From Minutocellus sp. GHC0000111 (taxonomy: Eukaryota), in the NCBI GenBank assembly GCA_977018835.1, contig OZ361257.1, positions 2,976,001 to 3,040,000 of the forward strand: DNA of 64,000 nt. The letters are read 5' to 3'. Shown one piece after another: positions 37,401-49,192 of the stretch. The translations under genes were made by a program, and so were the position numbers. The notes under the pieces were generated by a model. It worked only from the letters and a program-made list of their open reading frames with translations. It was not told where the DNA came from and made no database searches. Every line of letters begins with the position of its first letter. Within the stretch, counting starts at the first letter, position 1.

Positions 37401-40400
37401 GAATCAATTGGTCCGCATCACTGTAGTTGATTTTCAGAGGGAAAAAAAGAAAAGAAAGGAGGAAGGCAATATAAGTGGAATCGGTTAGTGACGAGGAGAA
37501 TATTTACTAAGCAATCGAACCTAACCAATCGAACGAGGAAACTTGCGGCAGAAGCGGTAAAGAGCGTCAGAAAGAAATTCCAATGCCCTCAATGAGATTA
37601 CTTACTGGCTCAATCCAGCCCGGAAGTGCGTAACTCCCATCTCAGTCTGCTTGCTGTAGCGAAGATCGCTCTGGGGGATAAGGACATGGCCCATCGACAA
37701 CATACCAAGACCACCAAGCTCCTTGGGCGTGTAGAACACAACCGGAGGGAAACGACTTGGCATCTTACTATTCAGACCAATCTTAATACGCGTTTGGATC
37801 TTGTTCTCATTCTTCACAAGCAAATCAAGGAGCTACTGAGTGTTGAGGACGGCCTCACGGTAGTACGTCATGAGACCGATGAGGGCAGTATTCCACTTGT
37901 TGGCAATCTTAGTGAAAGTCGTTGCACCGGAGCTCATAAGGATCTGACGGATGCGATTGTCAAAGGCTTGGACAGCTTCCTCCTCCACTCGAAGGTGCGC
38001 TTGGGCCGTTACTTCTTTAGTACTTTCGTTCTGGAGGTTCCACACTCCATCCTTGTATGTGGTTGTCGATGGTGCAGCTCCACCACCAACAATGGTTGTG
38101 CGCTTAGCGCTCAGTGGCTGGATGCGAACCTCGAATCCACACATATCAAAGAGGAGGTTAGGATTGTCGGCACTGAACACGCTGACGAAAGAGTTGTCCC
38201 AATCAAGCGTCGTCACACTGCGAGGAAGACGATTCTTAATGTCCCAGAAGATAGCGCGGCCCAAGTTGACATCGCGTTTGAGCAATCTCATGCGGCAATC
38301 ACGCGGCCAACACTTCTTGTTGCGGTATCCGACGGCATTTTCATTGTTCGGATCCGGATGCTCGATCAGATAGCGCTGGATGAGATCCTTGCCCTCGGTT
38401 GAATCGAACTTGAACAGGATGTACACCTTATCCATGTACCGAGTGTACAACCGGATGGGATGGCTGACCTCCGTTTCGATGTCGGCAAAGGTGAGGTATT
38501 CGTTGGGGCGCTGCGGAACACCGGCGAGCTCACTTGCCCTCGTCAGACCAAGGACGAGCAGATCCAAAACAAGACCGTAGTACTGCACGATGAAGCTCGA
38601 GAATTGCAATCCTCTGATGAGTCCATATGCATTGGTATGCATCATATCCTTGTAGCTGATTGAGATATTGTTCTTGGCGGTCATGTAGTCGGCAATGTTG
38701 TGATCGACGATGAGACGGAGGAGACGATTCAGCAGAGTGAGGTCAATCTTCTCGTAAAATTTCTCGAATTGAGACTGGAGCAGGATGACCGATTATCCCT
38801 CCTCGGTTTCCCAAACATTCTCGAGATTGTTGATGCCCTGGCACCTCTTGTAAACAAGGAGCGGAGGCGGCTCAGAGTCGGCAGGCTTGATCCAGTTCGG
38901 GAAGAGGTGACGCTTGTCGGCCTCATACCAAAGATACTGATCGAGGTAGGCGTCGGTAATCTTCTCGAGCGGCTCAATGTTGTAGACCGGGGACAAATGA
39001 GAAAACATGTCCATAAACTCGATACTGACTTCCTTGAAGGTTCGCTGGGTCAGCAGATGGCGCTTGATTCGACTCAAGGCCTCGTGAGGGTTGTCGTAGG
39101 CTTGCTCAATCAGTCCGAGTTCCTCCCTCGCGGCACTATTGAGACGGATATTGAGGCCATAGCCTTCCTTCAGTCTCTCAAGAGCCAATATCAACAGCTT
39201 CGTGTCATGTTTGTAGGAAAGCGGCGGAAAGGGAATAGGAGTGAACTTGCGACTTTCAAGCCAATGCACTGTAGTAGTGTAGATAGCAACGGCTTCCTCG
39301 GCAGATACGTAGGGACCGTCCTTGAGGTAGTTGTGCTGACGCTCCTGCTCAGCCTTGAGCCAGAGACGAGTCAAACGACCGAGATTCTTCTTGACGACCG
39401 TCTTATCGACAGTACCACCCCTCTTGATTCGCTCTCGGTTGTATTGAGCAATGTTGGTCCACCAGTCAGCCTTGGCCTTGACGTAACGGAGGATCATATT
39501 CTCGATGGGGGCGGGCATACCGGGAACCTTCCACGGAATGTTGGCCTTCCAGCAACGGAATGCCTCCGAAAGATGCGAAAGAATCACTCTGGTCTTGTTC
39601 TGCTTAACCCCCTGAGGCATCATATCCAGAATGTCATGCATGACGCTGGCACGCAATTCCAGATCGAAGTGACTTTCAACACGCTGCTTGGTAACATTTT
39701 TTGCAAATGATTTGGAATGCCGACCCTCGAATTGACGTGCGAGCAGATTTCCAAGCCAGCGCTCCAGAAGGGGGACGATGCCGCGCAGGAAGAAAAGCCA
39801 AACTCTCCAGCTTGGCGCCCAAAAGCCAACGCCAGGACCCTTACCAACCGGGCCGGTATTGAATCGGTAGTAAATCAGATGCTTCAGGTCCTTGCACATT
39901 CGAATTTGCCTCATCAAACGATACTTGTACCGGTACATGCCTGTGAGCTGACCAACGTGGTTGAAAGCATACTGCAAACCATCCGCGTGTTGATAGGCAT
40001 CGATATTTCCAAGTCGGAATTGCACATGAGCATCAACAACGAGCTTGGTGAGACGCAATATCTCTCTCGTCAAGTGGAATGCATTGCCAAATCGAGACTT
40101 CTTTCTTTCCTTGGTGGTCAAAGTTTTGGTCGGCTTCAGGTTGAAATCTGGAGCAAAAAGTAAAGGAAATTATGGGGCGGCGATAGAAGAAGCAGACCAG
40201 GAGTTGGCCGTTTCGTTAGAAAGAAAAGAGATAGAGAAATGGCCAAGGCGAATTCAATGAGACCAATCGAATCAATAAATCAGAGACTAATCGAATCAAT
40301 CAATCAGTCAATCAATTGAGGGACGAAAAGGACAATCCACCGTACTAACAGGATAGATACTCACTGTAATCAAGATGCAAGTAATTGAGCTGTTTCCGAT

Positions 40401-42355
40401 TGATGAGCAGATTCAACATATTATGTCCCTGGTGACAAACCTGCAAACCAACTTCGACCCAATCCAGCTCGGTGCATTGGAAGAACTTGGTGGCCTTCAA
40501 ACAGATACATTTTATTCTTGCTGGCCGTCGGACGGGAGTGGAGCTGATTGAGGACCCATGCCTTGAGCATCTTCTGATAAGATACCCGAACCTTGGTAGG
40601 GTAGTTGAGATCGCGCGACACGCGCTCCCGGTACCAATGTGCGATGAGAGGTACGTCGATGACACGTCGGGTCCGGCCAGATCGCAAGTTGAAAGGGCGG
40701 GGAGCATGGTACAGCGAAATACCAGCCGATGTGTTGGGGGTGGAGAGAGGACACTCGGTCAGCAGGGGCTTGAGAGATGGTGACGCGATGATCTCATCAT
40801 CCTCTTCCCACAGGGCACCGTCGTCGTCGTCATCAGCATCGCCGTAGCCATAACCATTTGCGTCGTCATCAGCATCGCCGTAGCCATAACCATTTGCGTC
40901 GTCATCATCATCGGCAGCCTCATACTTTGCCCAGACGTTGTTCTCCTCATCGTCCGTCTCACCCACCAGAGGTAGGTTGGCCTCCTCATCGAACTCATCC
41001 TCGGTATCATCGTACCGGTACTCCGTCTCATCGACCCTAAGGATGGGATTCAGAGCAGAGCTGTATGATTCGAAGCAGGGGACGTCCATTGCATCCCCGC
41101 CGCCGCCACCGCCACCATCCTCTTCATCACCAACGTAGCAAAGGAGGGGATGGCAATAGGCCGCCGTCCGCACCTTGCGCGGCCGACTGTTGTAAACCTC
41201 TGGGAAGGCGATCCGATACTCGGTCCGGATAGGGAAGCGGACGATGATCTTGTGCACATCGTTGAATTCATTCCAATCCTCTCCATCCTTGTCCTCCACG
41301 TCCCGAAAGAGAGGGTCGAACTTGGGCCCACCAGGGATTGCAACGTTGAGGGCCTTGCCGGTGAGGAAATGATCGAGATTGAACAGGTGGAAGTAGTTCC
41401 GATCGAGCGGGTTGGACATGAGTGGCCCGGCCAACCGGTACAGATTGGCCATTACGGATGTCGGAAGGCGCCACGACTTGTACGAGGGCCCGTTGGTGTA
41501 AATACCCGAAACGATGCCCTCCTCCACTAGATCCTCGTAGCGTTCCTTCTCACTCAGCGGTTTGTGCTCGTACAGCCAGCTGGCGACGAAACGATCGTCA
41601 CCAGTCTCGGGATCATCGTCGAGCTCCATCTGGACAGTATCTCCGGGCTCAACGTCAAGAATGTGATCAGCATAGTCCAAGGGAGGCTCCTCATCGTCGA
41701 ACGGCGGGAATCTCATCCTCTTGAAGTGCCTTCGATCACGCTTCTCCCTCCTCATCATGGTCCAGGCCGTGCCCCACTGGGCAATGTACACAGGCTCGAT
41801 GACCTTGGGCACCTCGTTGACGAAGCTGATGGCCCCAGTCACGTGATACAGCACCGGTACCGTCCGGATGGCCTCCCACGGCATCGGCATGTTCTCCAGC
41901 AATTTGAAGACAGCATGCGGACAGTACTTGAGAGCTCCGAGGTAAACGCGCTTATCCTGAGAGTAGCGCTTAGCCGACATATCACCGTTATCCGACAATA
42001 TCTTCCGGACGTGCTCTGCCGGTAACAAATCTTTCTGAGGGGCGGTAAACGTCAACTTCTTCTTACTGCTGTACCGCTTCTTCTGCAGTCTCTCCCATCT
42101 CTTTGCCTTTTCTTCGAGAGAGAGCATTCGCGGCGGCGGCGGTTGAAGTTGAGGTACTTGCTGCTGCTGCTGATTCATCATTCCCGGTGGAGGCGGAATC
42201 GCCATGCCCGGCGGCGCCATACCAGGCGGAAAATTCATGCCAGGAGGTGCCATGCCAGGAGGAGGACCAACGGGAGGGGGAGGAATCACATCAGGCCTCG
42301 ACCCGCCGGAAGCGGCGGTCGGCGGCCCTTGTCCATCCATGCCTTGTCCATCCAT
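34460..42355 (-). pseudogene. PRP8: Pre-mRNA splicing factor PRP8, full-length but disabled (introns 40364-40148 and 37605-37421)
   Basis: Unambiguous PRP8 sequence from [10 protein letters not shown] to the Jab1/MPN domain. Lesions: frameshifting deletion at ~40500, TAA at 38793-38795, TAG at 37833-37835, 1-nt deletion at ~36439. Confidence 0.93.
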
Positions 42356-42767
42356 CCTGTTTCCGTCGCGTGTTATCGCTGCGCTGTATCGCTGTGTCAC
42401 CGCGCTACAACAAGCCTCGATGATGAGAGGGGACGCTTTGGCTGCGCGGTTGCTCTACGGACTAGCCTCGAACAGAAAGCAAGTGCAAGCGCCGGCCGCT
42501 TCTTTTGCCGTCATCATGGTGGGGATGGATGGGAGGTCAGAACGACGGCCAGACCGACGCACTGAGTCGAGTGAGTCGAGGAGTCGAGTCAGTCGAGGAG
42601 TCAGTCGCGTTAAAGAAGTCCACACACAGCATCGAGAAAGCGCCGTTGCTTGCTTGAACCCTTCCACATGTACTTGGTACCGGTAATCAGGCAGCATAGC
42701 AATGCCTTGCACCACATTTCCTACCAGTAGCTCCAGATGATGCTTGGTAGCTCTAGCTACTACAGTA

Positions 42768-43246
42768 CAGTCCGTTCTCACCTACAAGCAATTGAGCTCT
42801 CGGCCCGAGCCCTCAAATTGCTTACTACTTCAAAAAAAAATTGGGGTCTGGGCTAAGCAATTGCTTAAATAGCGATGATGTGGCAGATGCTAAATCAAAT
42901 TGCTATATGCACATAGTAACAATTAGCTAGTAAAGTCAAACAAAGGTCGAAATTTCCTCACTCCAGCTTAACAGCAGACCAAGCGCTTAGACTGACGCCG
43001 ATGTCCTCGCCAGTAGCAAGAGTATCTAAGTCTTCCTTGGACAGGCATGAAACTCCGTCCTCGCCAAAATCCCGAGGAATGTAATCTCCATCATCATTCC
43101 AGGTGTTTCCGAGATGACGCAAACTGCTGGAACAGCTCTGAAACTAAGCAATTGCCCAGCGACGAGGCCTCAAATTGCTTAGCATAAAGCAAAATCTCAG
43201 CCCTCACCTAAGCAATTACCAATTGCTTATAGGTGAGAACGGACTG
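42768..43246. mobile_element. 479-bp Tc1/mariner (pogo)-type MITE with TA target duplication
   Basis: TA|CAGTCCGTTCTCACCTACAAGCAATTG ... CAATTGCTTATAGGTGAGAACGGACTG|TA (26/27 match); internal AAGCAATTG and CAAATTGCTTA repeats; no long ORF. Confidence 0.88.
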
Positions 43247-43477
43247 TAGCTATGTAAAAATAGGGGTCGAAAAAGTAGAGTCTATGGGATCCTACCGATG
43301 AGCATGCACACATTCCTGAGTTCTTTGTCAAGGACCTTGCCTTCAGGAGGCTTGATTGAGGCTCTGGCATTATACATTCATATCTCAATCCATTCTTGTT
43401 CCTGCAAGTATCCTGAAATGCCACTCATCTTCTAGTCCAACTACTACTACCGACTTACACACATACCTAAACATTCA

Positions 43478-45443
43478 CTACAAGTCTGGTCCGGCATCAA
43501 TGGCTCCAAGACTCAAAAGGTATTCTACCAAGGGATGATCTTCGCCGTGGATTTCCTTCACTAATCTAAGTGGGGTCTTCCCTCTGCCATGGTTCGAGAT
43601 TGCATTCATGTCGGCCCCCGCATTCTCTATTAGAAATTTGACAGCCTCATGATGGCCACCTCGGGAGGCCTCGTGGATTGGCTGCCAGCCATTCGAGTCC
43701 TTGGCCGTGAAGTACTCCTTGTTGGTCACGGCCAACGCCTTCAGCGAATCGACATCACCCGTCATGGCTGCGCGATGTGCCGGCGTACTCCCAGTATCGA
43801 AGCCTCTACCGGCGCCACTCTGCTTCCATCCACCGGGATGCATTCGATGGTACCGTTCGGCTTCCTCCGTGCCCTCCACAACATAAGGAGGAATGCTGGT
43901 ATCATGCTCGTGTCCACCACCGGTGCCAGACTCGACCGCTCGGCGGTACTGCGACGTAATATCACCATCCGGACCATCCGCACCGTGTCGTAAACTGTGG
44001 CCTATTCGAACGAATGCGTGAAAGTGAATTGGAATAGAATGGGCGGAACAACGAGGGTGAGAAATGGGCAACAAAAAGGCAAAAATGGTGCGTTGTTCAA
44101 AGAAATCGAGGTACAAAAGCCACCATAGAGCAATAAGATTTCATCCACAAGCAATCGTTTTCATCCACAAACGAATTTTATATATTACCAACTGGTTCAA
44201 AGTGAATGAAGATATTACTGTAATACCGTCCCTTCAAGGGAAACGGTCGTCCGTGCAGTACTGAATGACTCTCGTAGAGTACCATGTCACCGGGCTGCAC
44301 AAAAATGTTGGAGAACGATGAAATAGTAAGTGAGCATTATGCCAATGGCAAAGCTTTCACCACAACTAAACCAGACGTAACAAAAGTCTTCAATCGCTCT
44401 CACCTCCATGGTAACATTATAGGCTTTGCCATCGTGCGCATAGACCTCAATTGGCCACGGCTCGTCGACATCCTGAGCAAGGGTAATGAGAGTTGAGACG
44501 GGGCAGAGAGGTAGAGATGAGATCGTGATGCAATCACTAGCGAAAGATATGCCGAGGTAGAAAAGCTACAGCCAAATGCAATGTCACAAATAAGGATTGC
44601 ACCAAAGATATACTCCGGACGTAGAAGCCACTTGCTAGCTAGTACTAGCTACTCTTGAAGTGCAGCTGATGGCAGGTTTTGAAGAGCAGCTCCCCAACAC
44701 AGCGCAGCAGCTCCCCATTCACTCGACGCACATACCTGATCTACGTTGATGATGGCACTTGTTACCAGAGGCATCCTATCAACGTGTGTGGCAAGGACCG
44801 AACCCTCCTTATAAATCCTGATTCCATAGAGACTGCACTCCGTCAATTCTTGTCCCACCCATTCCTCGAGCGTGTGCCTTGCTGCGTCCCATATTTTTTG
44901 TTTGATAAGTGCACCACCACCACGCAATGCTGGGTTTTCAATCGATACAAAGTCGGTGTTGGCTACCCAGTGGTTCGTATAGGTGTTCCCAGTACTCCAA
45001 TTCTCCTCTGTGGCCTTGTCCTTATTAGTCTCCCAAAAGTCTTTGATCAACTTGAAGACGTCATCGGGTGCCCTAATTTTCTTAAATCCCATCTCGGTGT
45101 AGTTCTGCATGGACTTGGGCTGCCTCAAGCTCATGGCAATGCGATCACGCTCCGTCGAGTCGCAGGCCTTGCCCTTCCGTCCTCCACCGTAGTGATTCCG
45201 ACAGCCCTCAATGAATTCATCATAAAATGTCTGCTTGTCTCCCAAGGGATTAGCACTGGCTGGAATCACCTTCTCGTGGTGAATTGGAAACGAAACATCG
45301 ACGCCGTACGTCTTTTGCCCAAAGTCATTCAGCTCCGATCCATCTTCGGAACCCACCACCGAAGTGATGGCGATGGACGAGAAGGTAGCAGCGGCCAGGA
45401 GCAGAAGACCGGCCGAGACCCGAGGTACCGGCAGTCGAGTCAT
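43478..45443 (-). CDS. Secreted 2OG-Fe(II) oxygenase-like + ankyrin-repeat protein (paralogue 1; 4 exons)
   Basis: Signal peptide; SLYGIRIY..GSVLATHVDRMPLV, DVDEPWPIEV, PGDMVLYESHSVLHGRPFP; ankyrin TPAHRAA and GWQPIHEASRGGH; C-terminal GPDL. Confidence 0.8.
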
Positions 45444-46899
45444 TTTTCACTACTGTTGCCACCTGGAGACCTGGAGCAATGCAATGCCCGTGCGCTACGT
45501 AGCTGGCAGATTAATAATTCGACGAAACCGGCACGCCTCTGCCGAGTCAAATATACTCGCACCGTGCACGTAGACGAACTCGGGTCGTCAAAGGCAGATG
45601 CCGCTGGGAGGTTGGCAGCCGATGGGTAGGGGCCGTGGGGCCGTGTTGTACGCCGCCGTTGTAACTTTGTCATCGCGTCTTGCCTGGTATTTCTTTCCAC
45701 GTCATTCCAGCGCAGAAAGAAACAGCCAACAGCCGAGAGCCGAGCCCGCGACGCGACGATACGACCGAGTGCGCGCTTTTTCACGTTAACGTGAATTCAC
45801 GTTCGTCCGTCCGTCGACCGTACTAGTAAATTTTACTAACAAATCAATAGTCAGCAGCATTTCAGGTCGACGTGAATTCACGTAAAAAACGTGAATTCAC
45901 GTCCTCACTTTTCAACTACTGTTGGACGTGGATTTACGTAAACCTCTGGCGTGAATTCACGTCCGTCCAAATGCACAATACTGGTGCTTGCGCCGCGGCG
46001 ATGACGCTGTTGGGCGGTCGAAGGCGCGTCATCACTCCTTGCGTCACCAGCCAATTACAGGTGGTGCCTGCACGGAAGTTCTTCCGACATCATCCATCCA
46101 GCGTATCCGCGTATCCTTTCATTTGCTGCTGTCGATCATCAGGGCCTACGCTCCCCCTCGTGCCATGCTGTACATGTAGACATGCCCCCATGCACTGCAC
46201 TGCAAATATGACGGTCGGCCCTGGGTACCCGGTGACATCCTATCAGTTCCCCTCGAGGGACCTTCACGACGAGTGGTTCGGCATGGTTGAGCGTGCCAGA
46301 AACTTCTGCTCAGAGAAATACTCACTTTGGGACGAGGTAACCGAAGACGAGATGGTTGTGTTCATTGCGGAGTGTGGTTTGGCATAGTGGAGCGCATTGT
46401 GCGCGACTTCGGTATCAAGTTGCTGCCTCCCGACCTCTATTGTGCTGCCCCCACAACACTAATCGGACACTTGAGAGCATGCGCCGACCTCGAATGGATG
46501 CCTTCGACGCTGTCACGTCCGTCCCTCCGCGTCACGCTGGCTGCGAGCTTGTTGGGATATATGATGATCCCAGTGAGTTCGAGCGGGGAAATCGAGTCCC
46601 TTTTCAGCCACCATATCAAACGGATTGAGGAACTTTTGCTTGTGTTGTGTTGGTTGTCTTACGTTTGCCCGTGCTGGTACTTATACTTTTAGCAGCAAAG
46701 TTCAGAATGGATTGTGTCACCATGGATGTTACGTATATAGTGCAACTTAATATTTAATAGACATGTTAACAATATAGTTAAGGTAGCACATAATATCTTA
46801 ATGTTTTAATTTGCAATGCTAAGTGTGCCTTTGATGTTCCTTTCCAATGCAGCTTCGCATCTTCGCGTCTCTTCTGTCCGATGCAATTGTTTCATTATG

Positions 46900-47235
46900 T
46901 TAATTTTTCTTACGCCTACTTCCACGAGGACCGAGGTTGTATTGCACCATGTCTTCGAAGGGAATATTTTTCTCAGTCCTTTTGCGGCCAATGAGGTATA
47001 CCACCGTCGCGGTGGCGGCCTCCTCGTCGACTTTTGCAACCTTGCCGACGCCTCCGGCCTTGTTCATTCTTGGTCCGGTGCGTGCAGCTACCAGAACGAT
47101 GTCGCCGGGCATGAAGGGGCAAGTTGGAAACGGATATGTGACCGTTGCGTCGCTGTCATATTCGTTTCCGTCATCGTGCTCACGCTTCGAGGAAATATCT
47201 TCATCTGCATGATCAATGTCCATCATTATTGGCAT
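46900..47235 (-). CDS. Small Tudor/chromo-like SH3-barrel protein (element cargo)
   Basis: FMPGDIVLVAARTGPRMNKAGGVGKVAKV...ATVVYLIG..TEKNI resembles Tudor-like barrels; acidic N-terminus and basic NLS-like end. Confidence 0.5.
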   Translation of the reverse strand: MPIMMDIDHADEDISSKREHDDGNEYDSDATVTYPFPTCPFMPGDIVLVAARTGPRMNKAGGVGKVAKVDEEAATATVVYLIGRKRTEKNIPFEDMVQYNLGPRGSRRKKN

Positions 47236-47314
47236 CCTTTTCGAATGTTGATTCTGAGCCCTCGCGCATTGACCCTTTCCGTCATCTCATCTCTTGTGCC
47301 GCTTCATTTGGCAC

Positions 47315-49161
47315 ATGACTGCCCCGCCAAATCGCATGCGCAGCAGCCACCGGATGACGCGGATGCAGCCACCGCTCCACCTCTCTGCCACGGGCTCTGT
47401 CACCACCCGTTCCGTAGACAAAGACCAGATTTGCGTTCGCCCGCCGGAAAGCATGTCGCTCAAGCAGAAATTTGCTGTTGGAGCGAGAATTGGCATGTAC
47501 CGGAAGAGGGACAGCATGTACTTTCCCGCAACAATTGTTGCGACCCACAGTGGGTTTCCCGATTGTTACACTTTCCTTTACGACTACGGCGAGCAGAAGA
47601 CATTAGACCTGAGTGACGTGAAGTACAAGGTGCTGAATGGCAGCATTCCAAGCAACATACCACTGGTTGCGCGTAACGCAATTTCTGCCGCACTTCTCAA
47701 CGAAGGAAGTAGGGCAGACGACAACGCATCCGACGAACCCCGCGACATCCACGATGGCATACCGAAGAAGGAACATCGGCCACGTCAATTTCGTCTTCCT
47801 TTTTTGGGAAATGAAGAGGCAGCTAAAGTGCATCTTGGACTTGATGAGATACCCTTTCTCCCCGATATCAAGGAGAGTTTAGGGATCGACCATGAATTTA
47901 TGGTAATCGTGAGTGAGGAAAGCGCATATGGTCGCGACGAGCGATGTCGGTACACACAAGTAGTCGACGGAAAGTGCACCGAAAGAAGCGCGTATAGGCA
48001 AAATCTTGACGAAGTCATGGCGGACAATGACATCTTGGAGGCTCTTAACTTTGGGGAAGAGCTTGTCATTCCAAAAGGTCAGTCATTCATTGCACTTTCC
48101 AGACACAAGGGAGAGCTTGTGCCCGTTGTAATGGGCGTCCACATGGACAACATTTCCAATTGCGTTGTTGACGAAGGCACAATCGCTGGAAAATGGCACA
48201 AACGAAAAGCGGTAAGTCATTTTCATCGGTATCTTCGAATTGTGAGATTCTGCCTCTCTCATGAAATGTCGTTGTCCATTGTTCGTAGAGGTTGAGGCGG
48301 TCCAGGAACAAATCCTCTCTTCGGATTGAGGTCAAGGACTTCCTTAGTCTGAGAGGAAAGAGGGGAGTTCCTCTGAGAAAATTGTATCCGGAGAGGAAGC
48401 ATACGCCAGTTGAGACGATTCGCAAGGGTCAAATTAACAATCATCAAGGATTGTTTATTACCTGTGCAAAGGTAAATGGTAACAGCTGGAGACGAGACGA
48501 AAAGGAAGTGATGTTACCTGATGGTGAATGCTTCGCAGTTCGAGGTGCAATTGGGTCGAAGAATGGAAAGATAGCGAAGAAGGTTGATGGGATTGTGGAC
48601 CCTCTCGCAATAGTGGCTCACAGATTACTCCATTCCTGGCCCTACAAATTGCTGAAAATCCCTGCATGTGTAAGCAAGCAATTTGATGGTTCGGAACGCC
48701 TTTCGTACATAACGACGCTTTTGACTGTTGGGAACGAAGAAGACGATCGTCAGCTGGAGAAAATCTTCGAAGAAGAGAAGTTGGACACATATTGTGTAAA
48801 AAATGCTGGGAAGTGGATCCACGTCGATGACGAGAACGCGGAAGATACACCGAACGTTGCAATAGTGTCCGGAGCATTTGTTGGATTTGACTATTTCTTT
48901 CACACGCTTCATCTTCGAGTAGAGGCACCGTCGGGAATGACTTTCATCGGTCAATTTTCCGACCTCCTTCACGCCGTCGGTCGGGGGACGGGAGTTAGGG
49001 TAACGACGGTGTACTGCCAACATGAGATAATCGCGAGAAAAAAGAGGAAACTAAAGAGTGGAATTCACAAATTGGTGGGAGCAAAGAGAAGTCGGTCGGA
49101 TGTTGCGCTCGGCGACAAGTGCGCCAAGATAAAGTGCGTAACCCAGTATAGATTTTGTTAG
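47315..49161 (+). CDS. Tudor-like domain + TET/JBP-family 2OG-Fe(II) dioxygenase (intron 48212-48288)
   Basis: N-terminal KFAVGARIGMYRKRDSMYFPATIV...YTFLYDYGEQKTLDL; a GTAAGT...TAG intron fuses the two ORFs in frame; C-terminal HVDDEN...GAFVGFDYFF..L.LRV..PSG...LLHAV...RVTTVYCQH. Confidence 0.72.
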
Positions 49162-49192
49162 CGTGATGACTAACGTTACATTTACGCATTGG

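Noticed and set aside
848..38795. Stop-codon reassignment or readthrough explaining the in-frame TAG/TAA
   Set aside because: The stops replace different expected residues (Gln, Tyr, Glu), co-occur with frameshifts, and TAA/TAG terminate intact genes normally.
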